From Nemertoderma westbladi (taxonomy: Eukaryota > Animalia > Xenacoelomorpha), in assembly GCA_032718475.1 (NCBI GenBank), contig JAUCBJ010003703.1, forward strand, positions 1 to 64,000: 64,000 nucleotides of DNA, written 5' to 3'. Below, piece by piece: positions 1 to 11,442 of this stretch. The translations under genes were made by a program, and so were the position numbers. A model generated the notes under the pieces. That model did not search any database and had not been told where the DNA came from. It was given only the letters and a program-made list of their open reading frames with translations. The first letter of the stretch is position 1. Every line of letters starts with the position of its first letter.

Positions 1-76
1 GACATATCTTCACCATCAGAGACTGATGAGTATATAACAGTAGGATAATATATCAGACAATTCAAATGAAACTGAA

Positions 77-920
77 ATGGATCCTACTTACTCATACAGC
101 ATAAAGGAAAAGAAAGGTGAATCCCTACAAGGAAGTCAGGTACCAACAAACATAAGAAAAGACTCTGTAATAATCACAAACCCATCAGTGAAATGTCCCT
201 CTACTCTAGAACAAGTCCTCAAAAACAATGAGACCTGGCAAGAACCAAAAAGATCTGCCAAACCAACCTTCAAATCAAAGATCCAGATGCAGCACAACAT
301 TAAGACTGAAAACAAATATAGTGAACTAGATAATGATACCAAAATTACCATACTTCCACAACAACTGACTGATTTCTTGGTGAATCTAAATAATGTTTCC
401 AAAGAAACTGTCAATCTAAGAAAATCACAAGGTAGTAGCAAGAATGAACACAACAACTTTAAGCAACATCAAACGAGATACGAACAAGAAACCCAACGAA
501 GCACCCCTTCCAACAAACGGAAGCAGTAGAAGCAGCACAGATATGAAGCGGAATAATAAAGGGTTTGATCTACACTACAAAACCTCTAGGGATTCATACT
601 GGCACAATAACAATCAAGCCAACTATAATGGTAATCAATATAAATCTATCCTGCAAGATAATAATAGGCATACGGAGTATGTGAGGAACTCTTGGAGACA
701 TGCCCCAGAATCATCTCGACACCAAAGTCAAACATACCAGCAGTATCAGAAGAACAGAGTGAGTAGACATGATTATCCACATCAACACTTCCCAAACCCT
801 CATCTAAGAGACCAATCTGAACATACCTCGTACCCCAGTAATGACCAATGTGACATAACCTATGATAACAGGTATTACAACCGATCCAACAGAAGTCATA
901 TGGCTAGGAATCGTTTTTAA
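77..920 (+). other. Two overlapping low-complexity hydrophilic ORFs, possibly a decayed retroelement ORF remnant
   Basis: ORFs 77-529 and 444-920 are N/Q/S/R/H-rich with no recognisable domain. A coding origin is inferred only. Confidence 0.2.
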
Positions 921-1709
921 GCTGGCTCCGAGTATCACAACTGGAGACCTAAATTTCAAAAATGCTGGAAATACGAGTAATATTTTGCAGAGAAGTGAAA
1001 TCAGTCTTACTCAGTTTTTAAGACTTGCATTTTAATTTTCACATTTTTTACTCAAAATAGATAGATAGACAATTTGTTGTCAAAGAATAGTTAAGGAATG
1101 TCTCGCAAAGTTTATTCATGGGATTTTTCAGTGAATCTAATTTCGCAATAAAAAAATGTCAAATTAATAGTGCTAAAACCCAGCATCACTCTGTAGAACA
1201 AATATATTATAAAAAATGTAATATACTATATTAACACTGACACATTGACTTACCTATACATAGTTGCAACACTACAGTGTATACATGAGACATTGTTTCA
1301 TAATGTTACATATCGAATAACACTATTACTGCTATATCTAGCACATACTCACAACAATCAATACCCTACATCTAAACATTAATTATCATTCCATCTTATA
1401 TTCAAACGTAATTAACCTGTCAATATTGTACTGATAATGTATGTAGAACAAGTAAATTATTATTATTAGTTAGATGTATTTCGTATTAATTAATATGCAT
1501 TTTATGCTATCGAAATCATTAGAATAATTGGATCTCGTTGGTAACATATGCTATAGTATAGAATTCAATGAACAATAATTTATAATTGATACTACCACAA
1601 GCTATTTGTAAACATCTGCGACCAGTTATGATGAATAAATCGATATTGAATAATTATTACTTGGCATTCAACAGCTATAACTCGGATATTTATCGCCTTT
1701 TTCTCTCGA

Positions 1710-1775
1710 GGTTGGGTGGAAGAGTGGGTGACGAGTTGTGAGGAGTTATAACAGTCCCGAGTTCGAACCCGGTTG
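1710..1775 (+). other. tRNA-like Pol III promoter remnant (possible SINE head)
   Basis: A-box-like TGGAAGAGTGG (1717-1727) and B-box-like AGTTCGAACCC (1760-1770) at tRNA-like spacing; no complete cloverleaf. Confidence 0.35.
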
Positions 1776-1822
1776 AATATTTTGTTATCTGAAAAATTGC
1801 GAAATTAAATTTAGTTACTGGT

Positions 1823-2076
1823 GAAAAATAGTAGAAGTTACCTGTAGACACCTCTAGCGTCTGTAAAATAAAGGTTGGTAAATATGAAAATACTGGTTGC
1901 TGAAAAATAGCGATTTGAAAAATAGTAGACGTTACCTGTAGACACTCGTAGCACCTGTAAAATAAAGGTTGGTAAATATGAAAATACTGGTTGCTGAAAA
2001 ATTGCGATTTGAAAAATAGTAGAAGTTACCTGATGCTAAGTGTAGACACCCGAACACCTGTAAAATAAAGGTTGGT
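1823..2076. repeat. 94-bp tandem repeat, about 2.7 copies
   Basis: GAAAAATAGTAGA..TTACCTG..CTGTAAAATAAAGGTTGGT unit starts at 1823, 1917 and 2011. Confidence 0.9.
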
Positions 2077-2649
2077 GATTGGATGCAGTACTAGCGTCGG
2101 GGGACTAATAACGCCTCTAGCGGAATAAGCGGGAACTTGAGAAGTTACCATGGTTACGGATGAAATGCTGTCATCTGATTGGTTGAAATAATAACGACCA
2201 CCGCAAAAGGATGAAATGGAGGCTTCTGATTGGCTGCAGTACCAGAAATGGATGGTAATGATGGGCTACGGGTGACCATGTGCCCGTGTCATAGCATTGT
2301 ATACTACTTACATACAGACCTGATACAGGATAGATCCAGGTGCCCAGCAAGGGGTTGGTCGTTGCCAATTGGTCAATACCAATTACTTGGCCTACAGAAT
2401 ATGATCGGCCCACTACATAGTAAGTAAAGCGACCAGTCGCTTGCAAAATATACCTCCTATATCACCATTGAAACGGAGCCTATAGATCTACATTGAGGCG
2501 CCAACCCTCCCGCCCAAAACGGGACACACAAACTCCTGACTAGAGTCGGAGTGGAGTTTGTGTTATCACTAGTCCAATGCAGTGCCAAAAAGTCTGCCAA
2601 GATTGGAAAGATTAATTTGCTATCAGCTTGTCGCAGTCCAGTGCCCAAT

Positions 2650-2968
2650 ACGAACCTGAGAATTTAAGTAGAACTACAGTTTAATCCAAGTGAATCAAGT
2701 TGCTGGGAGCCGAACTCTGAACAAAGAAACCAAGTCTAACTAACTGGACTGCGGCTAAAAGCCTAAAGCAGAGCTGGAGCAGCAATCTCCAGCAGAGAGG
2801 CTACTAGTTTGCTGTCAATCAATGGGCGGTTTGTATGAAGAAATGCCGCCCCGCACTAAACTTTGAATGTAAATTAAATCAACACTAAAGCCCGTTATCT
2901 ATTCACACTCTCTACATCGATCTATTTATCTACAATGAACTTACATACCCAATATTAATTAAAAATTC
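2650..2968 (+). repeat. About 320-bp direct repeat, copy 1 (copy 2 at 4729-5054)
   Basis: ACGAACCTGAGAATTTAAGTAGAAC...TTAATTAAAAATTC aligns with 4729-5054 with scattered substitutions and small indels. Confidence 0.9.
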
Positions 2969-3253
2969 TTTTTAGTTTTTCAATTCTTGAAAAACTACCA
3001 TATAGGCCCGTTGCCATGGCTCCCAGTGAACCTAAATAAATTTTGAGAGTTGATTAATTGATTCATTTATGAATTCCTACAAACAGTTCTAAAAAACGAA
3101 ACTTTTGCACGAATTCGAAATGACTGCGTGTCTTTCCCCCCCCCCCCCCCCCCCACTACTACAAGACAGCTTAGCGAATTTAATTCATTAATCTATTCTA
3201 AACTATTCTAAGAAATATGATGATATGAATTATATTAATGTATACAAACTGCG

Positions 3254-4619
3254 AGCAGCAGTGACTCAAAGGAATGAGGCTTAAGCGTCAGTTTTTGATT
3301 GTTTTATAAAAGTTTTAAGTTTTATATAAGTAATATAAGTTTTATAAACAATCAAACGCTGTTGCTTAATCCTCATTCCTTGAAAACTTTACCGCAAAAC
3401 CAAATAATATAAATGTTAAATGTCTAACTGAGAGGTTAATATACTTTTTAATCATAAAAGATCCAAGTTGAAATGTGCCAAGTGAAATGTTAAATAACGA
3501 GATGCAGGTATGTTTAATTTGTTTACCTTTACTGGAGTCACTGCTTATAATAAAACGGGATAATCAAATTATTGTCTCATGCTCAGTCGTCAGTCTGACT
3601 TGTTGGCAACTAATTCGAATGTAATTGTTATTATCGATATTCGATAAATAAGTATTGGAAATTAACACTCTTCTTATTATAACTGTAATGTAGTAGAATT
3701 TTAGTAGTACTGTATAAAAACGTTATTGAAACTCTTTGCAATTGCCGTAGCACTGTCGAGTTTGAAGAAAAGGTGCTGGAAATGTGTGGGTCTTGGGACA
3801 CATTAGAACTGGAAGTCAAACAAGTAGCTTCATTATCTGGCTAGGTTAAATTGTATTTATATATTTATATATATTTATAATTAAATGCAATTTAAATTCG
3901 TTATATATTGAGCTTAATTTATATCGCCCTAGTGTGTGTTATACATAAAAATGTACGAACAGTCGTACATGTGTTATATAAATATGTTCTATCCGCGCCC
4001 TTGTACTGGTCAAATTATATTACATAATTAAATGCAATTTAAATTGCGTTATATATTGAACTTAATCTATCAGATAGAGATGGCTGCACCAGGTATCTGC
4101 ACCACTGTCTGCACCACTATCTGCACCAATGTCTACACCACTGTCTGCACCACTATCTGCGCCACTGTCTGCACCACTGTCTGCACCAGTGTCTGCACTA
4201 ATGCCTGCACCAGTGTCTGCACCACTGTCTGCACCACTGTCTACACCAGTGTCTGCACCAGTGTCTGCACCACTGTATGCACCAGTGCCTGCACCACTGT
4301 ATACATCAGTGTCTGCACGAGTGTCTGCACCACTGTATGCACCACTGTCTGCACCAGTGGTAGCACCACTGTCTGCACCACTGTCTGCACCAGTGTCTGC
4401 ACCAGTGTCTGCACCACTGTCTACACCAGTGTCTGCACCAGTGTCTGCACCACTGTCTGCACCAGTGTCTGCACCACTGTCTGCACCAGTGCCTGCACCA
4501 CTGCATGCACCAGTATCTGCACCACTGTATGCACCACTGTCTGCACCAGTGTTTGCACCACTGTCTGCACCACTGTCTGCATCACTGTCTGCATCACTGT
4601 CTGCTTAACGTTTACACCC
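3254..4619 (+). mobile_element. One-armed (truncated) copy of the Foldback family seen at 22382-23907
   Basis: 12-bp CTGCACCACTGT array (4084-4604) ends in GCTTAACGTTTACACCC, as at 23907. Segments 3254-3310 and 3508-3583 match the spacer of the 22382-23907 element (23166-23323). Confidence 0.8.
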
Positions 4620-4728
4620 TATTATTACTTATTATTTATCTTATTAGACTTATTGTATTACAAGTTTAAATTTATGTTAAAAACGTAACAAAATTATGTA
4701 TTTCCAAATCATAATCTATGTTAACATA

Positions 4729-5054
4729 ACGAACTTGAGAATTTAAGTAGAACCCAAAGTTTAATCCGAGTGAATCAAGTTGCTGGGAGCCGAACTCTGA
4801 ACAGAGAAACCAAGTCTAACTAACTGGACTGATGCTAAAAGCCTAAAGAAGTGCTGGAGGGAGCAGCGATCTCCAGCAGAGAGGCGCTACTAGTTGGCTG
4901 TCAATCAATGGGCGGCTTGTTTGAAGAAATGCCGCCCTGCACTAAACTTTGAATGTAAATTAAATCAACGCTAAAGCCCGTTATCTATTCACACTTTCTA
5001 CATCGATTTAATTATCTACAATGAACTTATATACCAAATATTAATTAAAAATTC
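4729..5054 (+). repeat. About 320-bp direct repeat, copy 2
   Basis: Aligns with 2650-2968. Confidence 0.9.
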
Positions 5055-7406
5055 ATTTGTACAGGCACTTTTAAAAAACGACTTTTTGACATTTTTGCTA
5101 AATTAAATTAATTATAAAAACGCTTATATTGATAATTGATGTTTATAATAAATATAATCTGGTTTATAAATAGTGTATGTATAAAGTTGCCGCAATGCTT
5201 GGTTAATTATCTAATTCTGAAGTGAATAAAATTAACTATTAAATTGGGGTATATTATTGGAAAATATAAAATATGACCAAATTAAAGTAAAAAATAAAAT
5301 TGGTTTTAAAAATTGTTGTTCTTCGGGCTTTCAGTAGCAAACAGTACTACTTATATATTATAATTTGATGTGTGTTTGAAATCCTGGTGACTATGTACAC
5401 CAAAGTTACATTAAGTTTTATTTTTGATAATATTGAATTTTATTAAAAACACGATATTTAAAATGGCCATAACTTCGGTTCTAATGAACCAAATTTGCTG
5501 AAATTTTCAACATAACTTAATAATAGCAATATCGTCAGACCCTGTAAATTTGGTAAAGATCGAATCATTTTAAAAAAATGAGTGCCACCGAGATTTGTCG
5601 AATTTGAATGGAATCACTCACATATAAAGTAAAATATGGTGGTGGTGAATATTATAGAGCTGAAATTATAATACATAGTAATAATATGATTGACAATAAC
5701 TTCTATACCTTCCTTACTAAATTTCCTTACTAAATTATTATGTCGGGACATGAAAGCTAATGGTTATTCATTAAAACAACTCCGGAAGGAAATTCAAACC
5801 CAGGATATCCGGAGTAATCAACGACCTCATTTCAGGAGCTATCAGATTGGTCCACCCTTGCTGTTATCGTGTGAAAAGAACCATCAACCCAGACGTGGTA
5901 AATCAACGTTATCTCTACCTCTGCCATTTCCAGGACCAAATTCCATTGGCCATGCAACTAATAATACTTGATAGCGACAGCGATGAGTAAGATGGATGGA
6001 TATATAGTATATACCGTTAAACTTTAACTGGAGTGGAGATTATTTTGTCCTGCTTATTGTATGAAATAATATCATTAAGATTGTTAATATGTTAAATAAA
6101 CTTTAAATGTTAAAAAGGCGGCCCTGAGTGGTGGTTGTTTGTTGCTAAGGACGATACCGATCTCAACCAATGGATGGATGGGTTGGCGGCGCTATGTGGG
6201 GGCGCTGGCACCGAGGGATGGGATTCTAAATCACTGACATTCCATTGCTTAATGGTTGAGGCGATTATGTCTACGTTTCCATGTTATAAATTTGGCGCTT
6301 ATTAATGTTGGAGTAAATAAATTATAAAAAATATGGCCTACGTTCTTACAATGTCCATTACGAGGTATTATTGTTCTTTTTTATATCTGTGTCTTTATTC
6401 TCGTTTCTTAAAAGTTATTATAGCGCAGATTATTTCCCACTCCTGCATTGTTTATAGATTCATTATTTTTATCAATGAAATTTAATTTTTAATAAATGTA
6501 AAAACCTTATCGGCAATGTTTTCTGTTTACTGGAAATGTTCTTTTTATTCTAGAAAAATTACATTATGTATAGTAATAGTTTATCGTTGAAGTTATTACA
6601 TCAAAGAATATATCTTTAACCCTTTGCAGCCTATGGACTAACTGTTAGTCCACCATGGTACTGCTCGATGGACTAACTGTTAGTCCATGACGAAACACCT
6701 ATATCTAATGCAGCTTACTGCAACCAGAGCAGTACTAGCAGTGTTATAAAAGCAGTATAGAGCAGTTATAAATCTTTCTTACATTGGGTTAACATAAACT
6801 GGCGGGAAATTCAAAGTGAATTTATCTATCTTTGCATCCTATATTAGCTAATGGCCTACCTGGTAGTAATAAACGGCAGTGTACGTTGTGCTCCTCCTGA
6901 GTGAGAATGCCGAGATTAAATTACGTGATTTTTTGCATGCTGGTAGATGGTCACCCGGGCAAGGTTTCAGTCTCACTTTTGAGCGCCGAGCACATTTTGG
7001 TAATGCAAGCCGTTAGCATCCCTTATGTGTATGTATGTTAGGTTCCCACTACCGGTAGTGTGCTGAGCGATTTTTTTTTCATTCAGGTAGGAGACAGGAC
7101 AGAGGTGAAACGCAAACCCGCCTGGGCGAATCAACCAGGTTAATTTTCAATTTAGGGAAAGGAACAGTTTACAGTACTGAGTACTTTGGTAGGCTATTCT
7201 AACCAAAACACTAAACGAAAGCCTATAACAGTATAACACAGGTTACAGTTTCATATTGGAAATCTGTTCTGTTGTCATCTCCTATTTGCATCGTTTTTCC
7301 CAGAGGTAGTTGCATTTTGAGTGTGTTTCTAGTCTCTAGTTTCTCCCCCTATCTAGCAGGTAGGACCTATAAATAAATTTGATATTATTATGCTTTCTGA
7401 CTGATA

Positions 7407-8070
7407 ATGGCCACCACATATTCGGCATATCCACACCGCGTACGACATCCACCTAGGGCGTATGGGTTTGACTCGGACAGCGACAGCTCTGAAAGCAGCA
7501 GCACCGATAGCGATATCAATAGTGCTTCCGAATCAGAGGAATCCGAAGGAGAACAAGAATCGGAAGAAGAACCGGTTCCAACACCTGTGGGATGGAGTTT
7601 CGTTGAACCTGGAACTGATTCAATATCAATGAGAACTTTTGAAAATCAACAGAATGTTGGATGGCGGACTGATATTGATGTGACTAATTATAAAGTTGGT
7701 GACTATGTGGATCTATGTGGATCGTTATTGTGAAATTCTTCGAAACATTCGATTTTCTGATTTGGATAAGTTTGACCCAGATGACAAAATGACTCGATTG
7801 AATGACCTTTTCGATGAACTTCATAAAACTGTAAAAGTTTATACTCCAGGGAAGGAACTTTCTCTCGATGAATGTCTGCTTCTTTACAAAGGAAGACTAC
7901 ACTTCAAACAGTTTATAAAAACCAAACGAGCTAGATTTGGCATAAAAATGTTTTTATTGACAGACTATACGGGTTATTTGCTCTCAACTTTCATATATTT
8001 CGGAGCTAATTCTGCTATAGACTGTGATAATGTGTTTAGTTCTCAACTCAGCAAATCTGAGAAGGTTGTA
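7407..8070 (+). pseudogene. piggyBac (DDE_Tnp_1_7, PGBD4-like) transposase remnant, frameshifted and truncated
   Basis: Acidic N-terminus DSDSDSSESSS (7407-7733). A second frame gives PGKELSLDECLLLYKGRLHFKQFIKTKRARFGIKMFLLTDYTGY, the motif around the first catalytic Asp of piggyBac transposases. Later catalytic motifs are missing. Confidence 0.9.
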
Positions 8071-8289
8071 ATAAAAAGTGTATTTCATGTCACTCTCTAT
8101 CAAACTCATATAGTCATATGCAGTACATTTGACATTACAGATACTCTATCATTATCAATTATCAATTAGCATTATAATTAATATTTGTAGTAATAATAAT
8201 TAAATAAGTTCGTTTATAAATGAAATCGCGATTTGAATGATTCTCTTTGATATTGAATTTCGAAATACTCTATAAACTTCCAATAACCA

Positions 8290-8745
8290 ATAGACGACCA
8301 ATAGTTTTCTTAAATAGTATTAAATTATTAACTAATATTATAAATATATTAGTAATAAATATTTTTGTTCACCAATCGACTAAGACGATGATTATCTACA
8401 AGTTTGACTTTTACTATTTTCATATACAACCTGTAGTTTTCTTAAATAGTTTTAAATTATTAACTAATATTATAAATATATTAGTTATAAATAATTGTTT
8501 TGCTAGTCAATCGACTAATTCGATGATTATCTACAACTTTGAATTTTACTATTTTTTAATCCGACCTATATATTTCTTAAATAACATAAATTATTAACTA
8601 ATTATTATAAATATATTAGTTATAAATAAAATTAATTATTTTTTTCCTCGCCATTTAACTAAGCTAACTATTCTGTACATCTTTGTATTTGACTATTTTC
8701 ACAAATGACCTATAATTTTCACGAAATAGGTTAAATTATAATCTG
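8290..8745. repeat. About 135-bp AT-rich tandem repeat (3-4 copies) inside the piggyBac
   Basis: Recurring ACC..TAGTTTTCTTAAATAG..TAAATTATTAACTAATATTATAAATATATTAG near 8297, 8430, 8564 and 8709. Confidence 0.8.
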
Positions 8746-9619
8746 ATAAAAATTTAAATATTTCTAGGGTAGTACCCAGGGGATTTTCTGGTGCTATCAG
8801 GCTGGAAAGGGTTAACGTTTCTTGTATCTTTTCTTTCTTTGTTTTTTTGTATCTTTATTCGCCGTAATTTACTCGAACCACCTGTGTTATATTGTCCGAC
8901 AGTGTTTGCCACTCACTTTCTCTGACATTGTCCGACAATGTCTTTCAATTATGATAATAAAATATGATAATTAAATATCACCACGAAATCAAATTGATTT
9001 TCACCTTGAGTTTTTCGGGATGCTGATCCATTATCACGAATATGACACTAAAAAATATCGTACCTTGTTAATTACGGCATTTTTTGATATGTGTCAATGT
9101 GCAGCACGAAAAATACAAGTAGCACAAATTTGATATTCCAAAATTCAAATTCGATTTTTCTCGTTTGAAATTTTATGCTACTTGTATTTTTCGTCCCAGA
9201 GCAGACAAGCACCGACGATCATAGTTGCATTCATATTCCCACGAATGATTATAACGAGTTGTATCATGATCAGCAACCTTGAAAACCAGTATAGCTTTAG
9301 ACTTATCAAACCAAACGCAAAATTTAACAGTTTGAAATTTTTGCTACTTTTTACTTTTCATTCTGGAGCACCAGATGGCACTAAAAATGATGGTTGCATT
9401 GCCAGAATATTTTTTTAACAAGTTTTATCGTAAACAGCGACCTCGAAAACCTTTAAACCATTCAAATTATAATTTTTGAGCCAAGATATAAACAAATGTC
9501 TAAAATGACCCCCCTCTGCCCCTCCCCCCCTGGGCCAATTGAGTAGTAAAATAGACCGGACCAGATAGGGTTAATTTATTTGGTCATATATGGCCATTGG
9601 TTTATTCTACACTGAAGAG

Positions 9620-9771
9620 AATCGCATGCTAGACACGTGCGATACGCATGGGTACTTCGCATGATATCCGCATGCGTTTCGCTTCTAAAGGTCCCGACAC
9701 TTTCCCATGCGATTCGCATGCGAATTAGATGCGTGACCCACATGCGATACGCATAAACATTTTTGACTGGG
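9620..9771. mobile_element. Orphan end of a CCC-terminated (EnSpm-like) MITE
   Basis: Dense CGCATG/CATGCG subterminal-type repeats ending in GACTGGG; partner end not found. Confidence 0.35.
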
Positions 9772-10059
9772 GTTTCTATGGAAGTAGTTAAAATAATGTC
9801 CTATTTAAAAATGAAAACCATACTTTTTTTATCTACTTATAAAATAAATCATTTCAGCAATATGTCTAATGTTTTCACATTTTTTTCTTTTTTTCTTCCC
9901 TTTTCCCTCTTTTCTCCTTTCTGTTTTTCCTTGTTTTCCTGCTGGTTTTCTTTTTTTTTTCCCCCCTCCCAGCAGTCTGTTTTACCCCAAGCCTCGGCCT
10001 ATGCATGTAGTATGGGCCTATATGGCAGTGAAGGTTAATGGAAGATACTGTACTACTGT

Positions 10060-10347
10060 AAAAAAAAAAAAAAAAAAAAAAATAAAATTTTCTTCGGCCG
10101 CTAGCCAGGGATTACGCACAAAGTCGGACGACTTATTTCCAGTGCGGTCCCCCCAGAACTTTACTCCCCAGAGGAAACTCCAGTACTCATTTAGCTACCA
10201 CTTAAGGATGCAAGGCAGAGATGCGCCCTGGCTGGTCCCTTCAAAGCATTTGTGCCGAAACGAAAACTGCCCTGGCCCATGTGAGGATCGAACCCACGAC
10301 CTACGGGAGATGTGAATTCAATGCAACCACTACACCAAGGTGGAACC
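10060..10347 (-). mobile_element. tRNA-derived SINE with a LINE-type 3' structure and T-rich tail
   Basis: Minus strand: A box TGGTGTAGTGG and B box GGTTCGATCC. The central CTCTGCCTTGCATCCTTAAGTGGTAGCTAAATGAGTAC is reminiscent of the Deu/Nin SINE domain (recalled, not searched). 3' stem-loop at 10108-10150 is shared with LINEs in this window. Ends in a T-run. Confidence 0.85.
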
Positions 10348-11442
10348 TAAGATAAAACCATATACTGTAACTCACAAGTTGACATACTGTACCTTATATA
10401 TCCATTACCTTTAGATCAATTTTACTTAAAACTAAGTTTTTTCAGTTACATGGTTTTGACTTAAAGAGGGCAGTATAATGTATTGGGTTTAGCAGTTTAA
10501 AAACAGTTTAGTAGTTGGGTTTATTGTTGTTCACTTGGTTATTACAATAAAAAGTATTTCGGTCCAATGCCATTATGTCATCTCTGATTCACCTAACTAT
10601 TTTGACGTCACACGTATGTTTTATTTTTCCCCAACTGGTACCATTCCACAGTGAGGCATCCCTAACACGGTGTGGGGTCTGGGTCTGACTTACACCTCGC
10701 CTCGGTGGAAAGAAATTAAATAGCGACTGTAGTTTATTCTTACAACTCGTGTAAAATATGTAATCCTTTCTTTCTTCTCGACTCATGAATCTCGAGCATT
10801 AATGGTACCTTGGTTAGGAAAAGATGAGGCATAAACTATTACTTCGGCTCTACTGCTGCCCCCATTAATATATTTTATTTTTACTTTAACTAAAACCCAC
10901 AAAGCGCCAGGTTATACAAGTATACAATATACAAACTCATTGGAATCAAAAACAAACTTTAAGTGAAGTAAAAGAGTTTTATTCGGTTGTAAGGACAGGG
11001 ATTACGCATTAACCTCTAGATAAAATTATAAAATTATTATTTAAAATATCGGCGCCGTTTTTAGCTAAAAAGACCGGACGGCAAAGAGGTTATCCCGATA
11101 ATGGATATAAATATATACAGTACAAATACTGTATATACATAAAACCCTGCCGCTGTAAAGTCCTCCCAATTCCCTGAATTATTAAAGTGGTCGTTTATTG
11201 TTTTGATAAAAAAGGAATAAGTGCAGGAATAAGTGCATGGGAATAAGTAGGAATCGGTTGAAGGGGGTCAAAGGGGATATAACTCGACATGCTACTAATT
11301 TATAAGTTTCACTTTGATTCATTGATTGATTTCGTTTATGTTGCATTAAAATCAGATTCACTGAAAACATTAATAACCTTAAAATCAATGTATTTAATCA
11401 GTTACAAATATATATAGTTCACTACAAAATACAACAATTTTG

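Larger units (their letters stand above)
6620..8811 (+). mobile_element. piggyBac DNA transposon, internally deleted (non-autonomous)
   Basis: TTAA at 6616-6619 and 8812-8815. TIRs CCCTTTGCAGCCT / AGGCTGGAAAGGG (12/13 match). Two subterminal TGGACTAACTGTTAGTCCA palindromes. Transposase remnant inside. Confidence 0.92.

Noticed and set aside
4032-4688. Cys-rich CTTV / SAPL repeat ORFs (also 22314-23966) resembling metallothionein, keratin-associated or antifreeze proteins
   Set aside because: They are translations of the 12-bp arm repeat of a TIR/TSD-bounded Foldback element, open in many frames on both strands.
2650-5054. LTR pair of a small retrotransposon (TRIM)
   Set aside because: No TG..CA termini, PBS, PPT or TSD visible.
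10270-10347. tRNA gene
   Set aside because: A and B boxes are present, but there is no proper acceptor stem or cloverleaf and it continues into a SINE body.
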